64,000 nt of DNA, from NCBI GenBank assembly GCA_045862955.1, contig BTVI01000012.1, positions 18,453 through 82,452 of the forward strand, given 5' to 3'. Shown in pieces: positions 9,596 through 19,284 of this stretch (positions are counted from its first letter, which is position 1; every line of letters starts with the position of its first letter). The position numbers and the translations under genes were made by a program. Below the pieces are notes generated by a model. The model was not told the origin of the DNA and made no database searches. It saw only the letters and a program-made list of their open reading frames with translations. Origin of the DNA: Fimbriimonadales bacterium. Its GTDB lineage: Bacteria; Armatimonadota; Fimbriimonadia; Fimbriimonadales; JABRVX01.

Positions 9596-11581
9596 GTGCC
9601 AACGACAACCCGTACGCGCTCGGCGACTTCCAAGCCGCTAGACAAGCGAGAACTGCTGGAGACCATGCTCCTCGCTCGGGAGGGCGACCGGCGCGAGGCC
9701 ATTCTGATTCGCCAGTCGAAGGGCTGGTTTCACATTCACGGCATGGGCCACGAGGCACTAGCCGCACTCGTCGCTCACCTGAGGCCGGACGACTACCTGT
9801 TTCCCCATTACCGAGATCGCGCAATGGTGCTCGCCAAGGGGATCACCAACTACAAGTTGGCGCTCGCCTTCCACGGAAAGGCGACCTCTAGCTCGGCGGG
9901 ACGACAAATGCCTGGGCACTTCTCGGACCGTGCGCTCAACATCTTTAGCATGCCTTCGCCCGTTGGCGCGAACTGCTTGCCCGCTGTCGGGGCCGCCTGG
10001 GGGATGAGGCTGGACGGAAAGGACACCGTGGTGCTCGTCAGCATCGGCGAGGCTTCGAGCCGGCAGGGCGAGTTCTATGAGGCAGTCTCCTTCGCGCTGG
10101 AGCGCAAGCTGCCAGTCGTCTTCCTGGTGCAGGACAACCGATACGGCATCAGCACGAACACCGACCAGAAGAACCCATTGCGCCTCGGCGTGTTCAACGA
10201 GAAGAACGTCGTCCGGGTCAACGGCCGCCTGGCCGACGAGGTGTACGCAAAGGGCGGCGACGCCATAGCGAAGGCCCGCTCCGGTGGCGGCCCTACCATC
10301 CTCTGGCTCGAGCTGGACCGCCTCGGCTCGCACAGCTCGTCGGATGACCATCGAGTGTATCGTGACCAGTCGGACATAGACAAGATGTTCGAGCGCGACC
10401 CCATCACGCTGCTCGCGCAGGAACTGATCTCGTGTGGCGAGATGACCGAGGCCGAATGGACCCAGCTTCAGGAAGAGACCCGCGAGCGGGTGGACGCCGA
10501 GTACCGCGAGGCCGAAAGTGCTCCCGATCCCGATCCGGCGCGCCTAACCGACCAGCTGTACGGCGAGCCTGCGCCGGGCCTGCCTCCCGTCATCGAGAGC
10601 GGCTCCCGCACCACGATGGTGAAGGCGATCGGCGAGACCCTTCGCAACGCACTGGCGGAGAACCAGAAGGTGATCCTGTTCGGGCAGGACATCGAGGACC
10701 CGAAGGGCGGCGTGTTCGGCTTCACCAAGGGCTGCTCGGAGGCCTTTCCGGACCGCGTGATCAACTCGCCGCTGGCCGAAGCGACCATCGTCGGTGTGGC
10801 TGTGGGCCTCGCGGCCTACGGGTGGCGTCCCGTCTTCGAGGTGCAGTTTACGGACTTCATCCCTCCAGCGTTCAACCAACTTATCACCAACGTCGCGACG
10901 TTGCGATGGCGAACGAACGGCGACTGGAAGTGTCCGATGGTCTTGTACGCGCCGTACGGCGCCTACTTGCCCGGCGGCTCGATATGGCACAGCCAAAGCA
11001 ACGATGGGCTGTTCGCGAAGCTACACGGGGTCCGGTTCGCGATACCTAGCACACCGGAAGACGCGTCCGCACTATTCCAGACGGCAATCCACGGCGACGA
11101 TCCCACGCTCATCCTGGTTCCGAAACACATCTTCCGCAAGCAGATGGAGGTCCCGACCCGATTGGAGCCCGTGCCGCTCGGAAAGGCCCGGATCGTCAGA
11201 GAGGGCTCGGATGTCACTCTCGTAACGTGGGGTAACTGCGTGGAGCTGGCTGAGCAAGTAGCCGAGCAGATGGCGGCAGAGGCCGACATCGAAATCCTCG
11301 ACCTCCGCAGCCTCGTCCCCTGTGATTGGGACGCCATCGAGCGGTCGCTGGCCAAGACGGGGCGCCTAGTGGTGGTGCACGAGGACAGCCGGACCTGCGG
11401 CTTCGGGGAGGCCATCATCACCGAGATGACGAGCAACCCCGAGCGCTGGGACCTGTTCCTTTCCCCGCCGCAGTTGGTCGCACGCGAGGACGTGCACATA
11501 GGATATAACCCCATTTGGGAGTACGCGAGCCTGCCGGACGCCGAGCGCATCGCGAACGCCATCCGGCTGACCATGGAGTAG
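9596..11581 (+). CDS. 2-oxoacid dehydrogenase E1, fused alpha+beta subunits (branched-chain type likely)
   Basis: GRQMPGH, TPP-binding SIGEASS..GEFYE...QDN, HSSSDD, GQDIEDPKGGVF, NSPLAEATIVG. Confidence 0.93.
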   Translation: MPTTTRTRSATSKPLDKRELLETMLLAREGDRREAILIRQSKGWFHIHGMGHEALAALVAHLRPDDYLFPHYRDRAMVLAKGITNYKLALAFHGKATSSSAGRQMPGHFSDRALNIFSMPSPVGANCLPAVGAAWGMRLDGKDTVVLVSIGEASSRQGEFYEAVSFALERKLPVVFLVQDNRYGISTNTDQKNPLRLGVFNEKNVVRVNGRLADEVYAKGGDAIAKARSGGGPTILWLELDRLGSHSSSDDHRVYRDQSDIDKMFERDPITLLAQELISCGEMTEAEWTQLQEETRERVDAEYREAESAPDPDPARLTDQLYGEPAPGLPPVIESGSRTTMVKAIGETLRNALAENQKVILFGQDIEDPKGGVFGFTKGCSEAFPDRVINSPLAEATIVGVAVGLAAYGWRPVFEVQFTDFIPPAFNQLITNVATLRWRTNGDWKCPMVLYAPYGAYLPGGSIWHSQSNDGLFAKLHGVRFAIPSTPEDASALFQTAIHGDDPTLILVPKHIFRKQMEVPTRLEPVPLGKARIVREGSDVTLVTWGNCVELAEQVAEQMAAEADIEILDLRSLVPCDWDAIERSLAKTGRLVVVHEDSRTCGFGEAIITEMTSNPERWDLFLSPPQLVAREDVHIGYNPIWEYASLPDAERIANAIRLTME

Positions 11582-11584
11582 AGC

Positions 11585-12784
11585 ATGCCGAGCCAAGTGA
11601 TCCACGTTCCCGCCATCGGTGAGGGCCTTCAGGAAGCGCGCATCGTTCAGCACCTGAAGAAGCCCGGCGATGCCGTGAAGCGCGATGAACCGCTGTACGA
11701 GATGGAGACCGACAAGGCGGTAATGGCAGTCGAGTCGCCCGTGAGCGGGGTTGTGGAAGAGTGGCTCGTGCCCGAGGGCGAGGTGGTGCCCATCGGCGCC
11801 GAAGTGCTGCGGATGAACACCGACGAGAAGGTGAGCGCTCCCGCCGAAACGGCCAAAGCCGAACCCGCGATGGCGGCCGTAGAGGTGGCGGCCTCGCCGC
11901 AGAAGTCCACCGCACCCAAGGGAAATCTCTCCATCCCCCCACGCACTCGCGCCTACGCCAAAGAGAAGGGACTGGCAGAAGACGTTCTGTCTACCATCCC
12001 CGCGAAGGGCTCGAAGCTGACCCCTGCAGACATAGACGCATACCTGCAGTCAACCGAAAAGCCCGCTGCGGTAGCCAAGGATGGTGCCTTTGTAGAGGTC
12101 CCGCTCTCTCAGCGGCAACGCACCCTGGCGTACCGACTGAACCGAGGCGCACAGGTGGTAGTGCCCGGGACCATCGAGCGCCCTGTGGATTGGAGCGGTA
12201 TCGAGGCGGCCAGGCAGCGCTTCCGTGATGCCGGTGGAGACTTCCAACCTTCCACCTACACCATCTTCGCCTATGGCGTGGCACAGGCGGCCAAGGGACA
12301 TCCCAAGTTCCGATCTTCCATGCCGGACGACAGCAAGCTGCGCACCTACCATCATATCAACCTCGGAACGGCGGTGGCTTTGCCAGACGATGAGCTGGTG
12401 ACAGCAGTGGTGCCCGAGGCCGACACGTTGGATTTTCGTACCTTTGCGCAGCGCATGCGCGAGGCGATAGAGAAGGCACGCAAGGGCCAGGACCAAGCGA
12501 CGGAGAGCACCCAGCTGACTATCACTAACATGGCGGCATTCGGTCTACGCGCTGCCGTGCCGGTGTTAGTGTCCCCCGCGGCCTCCGTGCTGTTCTTGGG
12601 CGAACCGTACGACGCGCCGCGGCCGATCCAACGCGGCTTCGGCTTCGAGTTCGTGCGGGTGGCAAACTTGTCGCTGACTTTCGATCACCGACTGATCAAC
12701 GGGGTGGGAGCAGCACAATTCCTGCTGGATGTGTGCGATCGGACGGAGAACGTCCTCCACTACCTGAAAGCCGATCTACCATAA
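11585..12784 (+). CDS. Dihydrolipoamide acyltransferase E2
   Basis: Lipoyl domain EMETDKA, peripheral-subunit binding segment, catalytic FDHRLING. Confidence 0.92.
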   Translation: MPSQVIHVPAIGEGLQEARIVQHLKKPGDAVKRDEPLYEMETDKAVMAVESPVSGVVEEWLVPEGEVVPIGAEVLRMNTDEKVSAPAETAKAEPAMAAVEVAASPQKSTAPKGNLSIPPRTRAYAKEKGLAEDVLSTIPAKGSKLTPADIDAYLQSTEKPAAVAKDGAFVEVPLSQRQRTLAYRLNRGAQVVVPGTIERPVDWSGIEAARQRFRDAGGDFQPSTYTIFAYGVAQAAKGHPKFRSSMPDDSKLRTYHHINLGTAVALPDDELVTAVVPEADTLDFRTFAQRMREAIEKARKGQDQATESTQLTITNMAAFGLRAAVPVLVSPAASVLFLGEPYDAPRPIQRGFGFEFVRVANLSLTFDHRLINGVGAAQFLLDVCDRTENVLHYLKADLP

Positions 12785-12836
12785 TCCCGCAGCCCGGAAG
12801 CTGTCATCCCCACAGGCTCGCCGTACTCGCCTTCGC

Positions 12837-12986
12837 GTCGTCCCCGCGCTGGCGGGGACCCAGAGTCCTGCTCGGTATAAGCCCCCGATGCTAGTATGTC
12901 GTCCCCGCGCAGGCGGGGACCCAGATACGTGGTGCGTGAGGTGCAGCAGTGAAAACACGTCGTCCCCGCGCAGGCGGGGACCCAGA
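12837..12986 (+). repeat. Three direct palindromic repeats GTCGTCCCCGCGC(A/T)GGCGGGGACCCAGA with a 61-nt period (REP-like or CRISPR-like mini-array)
   Basis: Copies start at 12837, 12898 and 12959; 28-nt repeat with two unrelated 33-nt spacers; a truncated copy GTCATCCCC at 12803. Confidence 0.85.
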
Positions 12987-12989
12987 AGC

Positions 12990-13112
12990 CCTCCCCAAAA
13001 AACGGTTCCCCCTGAAGGCTCTGCGGAAGGGGGAACCTAAAGGAGGGGGTCCACCCATGCCCTGGCCCACGTCCACCGCCCAGCACCCACCCAAGGACTG
13101 CGCCAGGGCACC
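12990..13112 (-). repeat. Single inverted copy of the 15890-16615 repeat family
   Basis: GGTTCCCCCT..GGGGGAACC..CCACCCATGCCCTGGCCCAC..CACCCACCCAAGGACT.CGCCAGGGCACC is the reverse complement of the start of the 15890 array. Confidence 0.85.
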
Positions 13113-13189
13113 CTCTGCGCCTCATACGTACACGTCTCGGCTGCCGGATGGCCACGACCTCGCGCCCAGCCGACCGTCGAGGCCGCAGC

Positions 13190-14242
13190 TCACCTCACAC
13201 TCAACTCCGCCACCAGCTGAAAGTACCGCAGCAGATTAGATAGGGGAATATTCGCCGGTAGGTGATTCCCGGTCGCGAAAACGAACCCAGGGCAGTGCTT
13301 CGCCACTCCGAACACCCACTGCAGTTCGCGCTCTATGTCTGCCTCCGTGCCGAAGGTGAGCGTCCGACAATCCGCACCACCCATGATCACATGCGTCCGT
13401 CCGAACCGCTCTACCATGCCTACCAGGTCATTGCACGGCTCGAAGCAGAACCCGTCCGCCCCCGCCTCCGCCAGGTCATCCAGGAACATGTCGAATCTGC
13501 CGTCCGAGCAGAAGATGATGCGCTTACCCGCCTCGCGCAGCGGCCGCCACAGCTCTCGGTAGCGCGGGAAGATGTAACGCCGGTAGAACTCCGGACGGAA
13601 GATGGGGCCCTCCGTCCATACCATGTCATCATGACACATAAACGCCTCGATAGAGGTCTCCGCCCACGCCTGGTAGTGACAGAGGGATAGGCGGAAGATG
13701 GAACCTAATACCTGTTCGCCGAAGCGCTCGGGGTCCTCTCCCGCTGCTTCTAACAAACGCTCCCATCCGAAGGCTTCGATGGCACCCGACACGATGGTCT
13801 TGTAGTACCCGCCCGGGACGAGCTGGTCGTAAGCACTTTGCTCTCGCTGGTACCACTGCTCGTAGAACGATACTAACTGTGCATGGCCGGGCGCGCCGTA
13901 TTCGGCAATAGCGTCGAATGCTAACACGTCCTGTGCATCGCGAAAGGGGCTGGGCTGATGGGGGCGAAAGTCCGAGGAATCCTCCACGTACGTGGCGTGT
14001 CCCATGTCCGTGACACGACCTCTCTCGCTCCATGGTACGGGCCCGTCGTGTGTGCACCACAGGAAGTCCAGGCCGACGGCGTCATAGAAGTCCTTGTTCG
14101 CCGAGGGGTCATCACGCGGGTCACGTCCGGTGAAGTGCCGCACGACCTCCCAGTTGTCGTTGTATTCGGTGTGTGCGACGCGCTCGGCCATTTCCAGCCT
14201 CACCGCCGCCCTCCCGACGCGATAGGACATATCACTGACCAA
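13190..14242 (-). CDS. Uroporphyrinogen decarboxylase/MtaA-CmuA fold family protein
   Basis: HDDMVWTEGPIFRPEFYRRYIFP, FCSDG, GFVFATGNHLPANIP. Confidence 0.85.
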   Translation of the reverse strand: MVSDMSYRVGRAAVRLEMAERVAHTEYNDNWEVVRHFTGRDPRDDPSANKDFYDAVGLDFLWCTHDGPVPWSERGRVTDMGHATYVEDSSDFRPHQPSPFRDAQDVLAFDAIAEYGAPGHAQLVSFYEQWYQREQSAYDQLVPGGYYKTIVSGAIEAFGWERLLEAAGEDPERFGEQVLGSIFRLSLCHYQAWAETSIEAFMCHDDMVWTEGPIFRPEFYRRYIFPRYRELWRPLREAGKRIIFCSDGRFDMFLDDLAEAGADGFCFEPCNDLVGMVERFGRTHVIMGGADCRTLTFGTEADIERELQWVFGVAKHCPGFVFATGNHLPANIPLSNLLRYFQLVAELSVR

Positions 14243-14333
14243 TGTACCCGGCCCGCTGCTGAGTGGGTCCGAGCGGAGTGTGCCGTCGCAGCGTGATCCC
14301 GCGAGGGTATAGTCTTGATCCGAGGGACCCTGT

Positions 14334-15221
14334 ATGCATCTGCTAGCTCTGTGGAAATACGAGAACTACTGGCGGGACATGGAGGAGTACGGCGGGGGCT
14401 ACAACTTCAACTCCCGACAGAAAGTGCTCCACGACTGCCTCGAGTTGGGGGACCACTTGTGGCTCGTCACGCTTGCTCGTGACGCAACACCTCGCTTGGT
14501 GGTCGTAGCGCGGTTGGTGGTGGTGGATAAGACGATCAACCTACCTGGGTCGCCATATGGGCAGTACTGTGTTTGGGGCGACAAGCGTAACAGCAAGTAC
14601 TTTCTCGACGATGGTAAGCGCGATGACCACGCATTGTTGTCTGGGTTGGCATACGCTGGCAAGGCAGCATCGGGGCTGAGTCACCGAAGGATGGCTCAAG
14701 CCTTTCAGACGATGAGACGCCTAAGTGATGCAGCAGACCGCGAACTGGAGGCGGCTACCCGCCTCCTCCCTCTCGATCCGAGGGCTAGGCCTTTTCCCGA
14801 TGAGGAGCTCTTGGAGGCATACGCCACAGGATTGTCTCAGCAGCTTCCTCTCGGGCCTCATCCTCCGATCCGACGCGCACGATGGCGTCGGAGAGCCGGA
14901 CAAGCACTGGCGTCCAAGTTGATCGGCATGTATGGGGGCAGATGTCAGCTTTGCGGTTTTGATCCAGTGACTACCTACGGTGTGAGCGTGTGCGAAGTGC
15001 ACCATGTCGTGCCGTTGTCAAAGGGCGGAACGCACAACAGCGAGAATGCGGTCTTGCTCTGCCCGAATCATCATCGCCTGGTACACAAAGCCGATGCACA
15101 CTTCGATTACGGCAGGCTCGGCTTCAGCTTCTCCCATTTGGGGCGCTATGAGCCACTTATCATCAACAAGCACATTCGGGGATCCGATGGGTCCGGATTC
15201 GAGAGTTCAGAGCTACATTGA
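14334..15221 (+). CDS. HNH endonuclease with an uncharacterised N-terminal domain
   Basis: CQLCGF...EVHHVVPLSKGG..NSENAVLLCPNHHRLVH. Confidence 0.88.
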   Translation: MHLLALWKYENYWRDMEEYGGGYNFNSRQKVLHDCLELGDHLWLVTLARDATPRLVVVARLVVVDKTINLPGSPYGQYCVWGDKRNSKYFLDDGKRDDHALLSGLAYAGKAASGLSHRRMAQAFQTMRRLSDAADRELEAATRLLPLDPRARPFPDEELLEAYATGLSQQLPLGPHPPIRRARWRRRAGQALASKLIGMYGGRCQLCGFDPVTTYGVSVCEVHHVVPLSKGGTHNSENAVLLCPNHHRLVHKADAHFDYGRLGFSFSHLGRYEPLIINKHIRGSDGSGFESSELH

Positions 15222-15579
15222 ACTGATAAGGGCTAACCTCAGCGACGATCTGCTCTCGGCGCAACAGCGCCGGAGGTTGAGTGGGGAACGTCGGCCGACT
15301 GCAGGCCACTGCTATGTAGCCGTGGAGGCGTTGTGGCACCTTGCGGGGGGTGCGGATCGTGGCTGGCAGACGAAGGTTGCCAGACTGCCTGATGGCAACA
15401 CGCACTGGTGGATCGTCACCGAAGCTGGCGAGGTCCTGGATCCGACTGCAGTGCAATTCGAACATCCCCCCGACTACTCTCGGGGTACGGCCCGAGGACT
15501 GCTTACGCGGGATCCATCACGACGCTGCCGGGTGCTTCTCGAGCGTGTCAGAGGCGTGCTTGAGCGCAGACTAGAATAG
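15187..15579 (+). CDS. Hypothetical protein with a Cys-His-Asp (papain/transglutaminase-like, YunG-like) signature
   Basis: GHCYVAVEALWHL...THWWI...EVLDPTAVQF; ATG at 15187 overlaps the end of the HNH gene. Confidence 0.7.
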   Translation: MGPDSRVQSYIELIRANLSDDLLSAQQRRRLSGERRPTAGHCYVAVEALWHLAGGADRGWQTKVARLPDGNTHWWIVTEAGEVLDPTAVQFEHPPDYSRGTARGLLTRDPSRRCRVLLERVRGVLERRLE

Positions 15580-15889
15580 ACCGGAGAGGAGCTCGGTTAG
15601 CAAGCAGGCGACCTCGTTTTCCCCCGACTACGCATTCGCATTGGCAGTGGGGTTGTTAGCACGAAGGGGATTGGGGCGGTGTCCAGGCGTGCTGGTAGGA
15701 TGCGGGGCGGACATCTTCGGGGCACTGGTGAGGGCTGTTGGGTGGGGGATCTGCTCGAGGTGCGGCTCCTAGTCGAGGCGGAGTCAGACAGCCCACTGAA
15801 GTCGGTGCGGGCAGTCGGGTAGGTGGTGGCAGCAGCCGACCCGTCAGGGAATGCACTCGGACTGGGTCCCTGCCTGCGTGGGGGGGATG

Positions 15890-16615
15890 GGTGCCCTGGC
15901 GGAGTCCTTGGGTGGGTGGTGGGCGGTCGGGGGGGTGCCGGGCGGTGGACGTGGGCCAGGGCATGGGTGGACCCCCTCCTCGAGGTTCCCCCTTCCGCAA
16001 AGCTTCAGGGGGAACCGTTCTGGGTGGTAGGCGTGGGCCAGGGCATGGATGGACCCCCTCCTCGAGGTTCCCCCTTCCGCAAAGCTTCAGGGGGAACCGT
16101 TCTTTGGGGAAGGAGTCTTTCCGCACGGCCTGCAGGGGGAACCGTTCTGGGTGGTAGGCGTGGGCCAGGGCATGGGTGGACCCCCTCCTCCAGGTTCTCC
16201 CTTCCGCAGAGCTGCAGGGGGATCCGTTGTGTGCGGTGGAGGTGGGCCAGGGCATGGTCGACCCCCTCCTCGAGGTGCCCCTTCCGCAAAGCTTCAGGGG
16301 GAACCGTTCTTTGGGGAAGGAGTCTTTCCGCAGAGCCTCGAGGGGGAACGGTTGTGTGCGGCGGACGTGGGCCAGGGCATGGGTGGACCCCCTCCTCAGG
16401 TTCCCCCTTCCGCAAAGCTTCAGGGGGAACCGCTCTTTGGGGAGGGAGTCCTTCTGCAGAGCCTGGAGGGGGAACGGTTGTGTGCGGCGGACGTCGGCCA
16501 GGGCATGGATGGACCCCCTCCTCCAGGTTCCCCCTTCCGCAGAGCCTACAGGGGGAACCGTTCTTTGGGGAAGGAGTCTTTCCGCATGGCCTGCAGGGGG
16601 AACCGCTCTGGGCGG
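15890..16615 (+). repeat. Tandem modular palindromic repeat array (REP/BIME-like), about 6 units
   Basis: GGCCAGGGCATGG recurs near 15953, 16034, 16161, 16243, 16368 and 16494; most copies are followed by a GGTTCCCCCT...AGGGGGAACC hairpin. Confidence 0.9.
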
Positions 16616-17263
16616 CGGGACTCCGTGTCCCCACCTCCGCGGGAGGACCAGGAAGAGCCGACGACAGGAAAAGCTGAGGACTCCGCCCACGCAGCCCTAC
16701 CGATTTCACCCCCCGGTGGGATCCACAGGTTCCTAGTGGGCGCTCGCTGGGTGCAGCTCGGCGGACATTTGGCAGGGCGTTGGGAGCCAGGGGGTCACCC
16801 CGAATGGCGAACTCTGGCAAGAATCCGGAGCGGTATGTGAACCTTGGGGCTCCGGCGCGAGTCCTATAGAGTGGGCAGACTCCCGGAGGGGGGAATGCCC
16901 GGAACGGGCGAGGAAAAGTGCGACAATTGGAGCGACGGTATGGAAAGAGCAAGTAGCGGGAGTACGCTGAGAGTCTTGCCCGTCGCCGTGCGTATTACGG
17001 GATAGAGGTGATAATGACTCGAGGCGTTCGACTAGTTTCCTGTTGTCTAGGTTTCGGTGATGAGGTCGGGGACCGGCGGTCGGGCCGTCTTCCGGGGGTG
17101 CGGGGTTCGGTGAGGCCCCTCCACGGAGGCAGTCCGCCCGAATAGGGGCTGGAAATCAGCTTTCCGAAGAGCCTCGGCCTCGAGAGAGTGCCGGGGCTCG
17201 GTAGCTTTGTGGGACGAACGGGACACCCTCGACCCCGAGACACCGGGGGAGGTCGGGAGAACA

Positions 17264-19189
17264 ATGAGCACGCATGACTTTTTGAAGCGAATCGAACAGC
17301 AACGCGGGCAAGAGATGGAAATGGGGTGGAAAGGCACCTTCGCCGACTACCTCGCCATCGTGGAGAAGAACCCGCGGGTCGCCGACCTTGCCCATGCCCG
17401 AATCTACAACATGCTGCGGGCGGCGGGCTACGACGAGGAGGAGGGTCGGCCGACGCGCTACCACTTCTTCGCAGACGATCTGTTCGGCTTGGACCGCAGC
17501 CTGCAGCTCATCGTCGAGGAGTATTTCGCTCCGGCGGCCAGGCGGCTGGACGTGCGCAAGCGCATCCTGATGCTTGTGGGCCCGGTGGGCGGTGGTAAGT
17601 CCACTTTGGTCACGCTCATCAAGCGCGGGCTGGAGCGGTATTCGAAGACCGAAGGTGGGGCTGCTTATGCTATAGATGGGTGCCCGATGCAGGAAGAGCC
17701 GCTGCACCTGGTGCCCGAGGACCTGCGCGACGACTTCCGAAATCGCTTCGGCGTGATGATAGAAGGCGACCTGTGCCCCGTGTGCCGCTACCGGCTGGAG
17801 CACGAGTGGGGCAGCAACATCCACTCCGTGCCCGTTAGGCGGATTGCCTTCTCGGAGCGGGAGCGCTGTGGCATCGGCACCTTCAAGCCGAGCGATCCGA
17901 AGAGCCAGGACGTTGCGGAGCTCACCGGAAGCGTGAACATCGCATCGCTCACCCAGTACGGTGTCGAGTCCGACCCTCGCGCCTACAACTTCGACGGCGA
18001 ATTGAACAAGGCGAACCGGGGCGTGATGGAGTTCATCGAGATGCTCAAGGCGGACAAGCGGTTCCTCTACGAGTTGAACACCGTCGCCGGGGAGCAAATG
18101 ATCAAGGTTGGCCGCTTCGCCCTGATCTATACGGACGTAGCTGTCATCGCCCACACCAACGAGTTCGAGTACAACTCGTACTTCAACAACAAAGAGAACG
18201 AGGCGATGATTGACCGCATCTGGGTGGTGCGGGTGCCTTACAACCTGAAGCTGAGCGAGGAGACGCGCATCTACGAGAAGCTGATCAAGCAGTCACAGTT
18301 CACGGAAGGCACCGAAGACCTCACCCAGGTGCACATCGCACCCAACGCGCTGAAGATGGCAAGCATGTTCGCCATCCTCACGCGCCTGAAACCCAGCAAG
18401 AAGAGCGGCCTCAGCTTGATGACCAAGCTGAAGCTGTACGACGGCGAGAAGCAGGTCGGTGATTGGGACCAACGCCACGTTCGCGAGCTGCAAGAGGAGT
18501 ACTCCGACGAAGGCATGGCTGGCGTCTCGCCGCGGTTCATCATCAACCGCATCTCGTCGGCGCTGGTGCGGGGCAAGAAGTGCGTGAACGCGATTGACGT
18601 GCTCCGCTCTTTGCGCGACGGGTTGCACGAGTACACGAACAACGAGGAAGAGCGCAAGAAGCTGCTCGGCTTCATTGACGAAGCTCGCAAAGAGTACGAC
18701 GAGACGGTGAAGAAGGAAGTACAGCGAGCGTTCGTCTACTCGTACGAGCAGGCGGCGCGAACGCTGCTCGACAACTATCTGGACAACGTGGATGCGTTCT
18801 GCAACCGCAACAAGATCACGGACCCCATCACCGGCGAGGAAGTGGACCCGGACGAGCGGCTGATGCGCGCGATCGAAGAGCAGATCGGCGTCACGGAAAA
18901 CGCGAAGCGCGAGTTTCGCGAGGGCATCCTGCGGTCGGTTGCGTCGCTGGCCAGACGAGGCGAGGGTTTCGAGATTCGAAGCGACGAGCGGCTGAAGGAA
19001 GCCATTGAGAAGAAGCTGTTCTCGGACATGAAGGACATGGTGAAGATCACGACGTCCACCAAGACGCCCGACGAGGAGCAGCTTCGCAAGATCAACGAGG
19101 TGGTGGAGCGGATGGTCTCGGAGCAAGGCTACTGCGTGCACTGTGCCAACGAGACGCTCCGCTATGTGGGAACTCTGCTGAATCGCTGA
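17264..19189 (+). CDS. prkA: PrkA/YeaG family AAA+ serine kinase
   Basis: GPVGGGKST Walker A, GCPMQEEPLHL, SDPRAYNFDGELNKANRGVMEFIEMLK. Confidence 0.95.
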   Translation: MSTHDFLKRIEQQRGQEMEMGWKGTFADYLAIVEKNPRVADLAHARIYNMLRAAGYDEEEGRPTRYHFFADDLFGLDRSLQLIVEEYFAPAARRLDVRKRILMLVGPVGGGKSTLVTLIKRGLERYSKTEGGAAYAIDGCPMQEEPLHLVPEDLRDDFRNRFGVMIEGDLCPVCRYRLEHEWGSNIHSVPVRRIAFSERERCGIGTFKPSDPKSQDVAELTGSVNIASLTQYGVESDPRAYNFDGELNKANRGVMEFIEMLKADKRFLYELNTVAGEQMIKVGRFALIYTDVAVIAHTNEFEYNSYFNNKENEAMIDRIWVVRVPYNLKLSEETRIYEKLIKQSQFTEGTEDLTQVHIAPNALKMASMFAILTRLKPSKKSGLSLMTKLKLYDGEKQVGDWDQRHVRELQEEYSDEGMAGVSPRFIINRISSALVRGKKCVNAIDVLRSLRDGLHEYTNNEEERKKLLGFIDEARKEYDETVKKEVQRAFVYSYEQAARTLLDNYLDNVDAFCNRNKITDPITGEEVDPDERLMRAIEEQIGVTENAKREFREGILRSVASLARRGEGFEIRSDERLKEAIEKKLFSDMKDMVKITTSTKTPDEEQLRKINEVVERMVSEQGYCVHCANETLRYVGTLLNR

Positions 19190-19284
19190 GGAGACTACCG
19201 GGCCGCCGCCCGACCACTGGCGGCGGCCCGTAGCCCTTTCAGGAGGGTCGGGCGTACGAGACTTGCGCCCGGTTGGAGAAGAGG

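Noticed and set aside
15656..16952. Several long overlapping ORFs (up to 344 aa) on both strands
   Set aside because: They are translations of the GC-rich repeat array, with repeating peptides in all frames and no protein-family motifs
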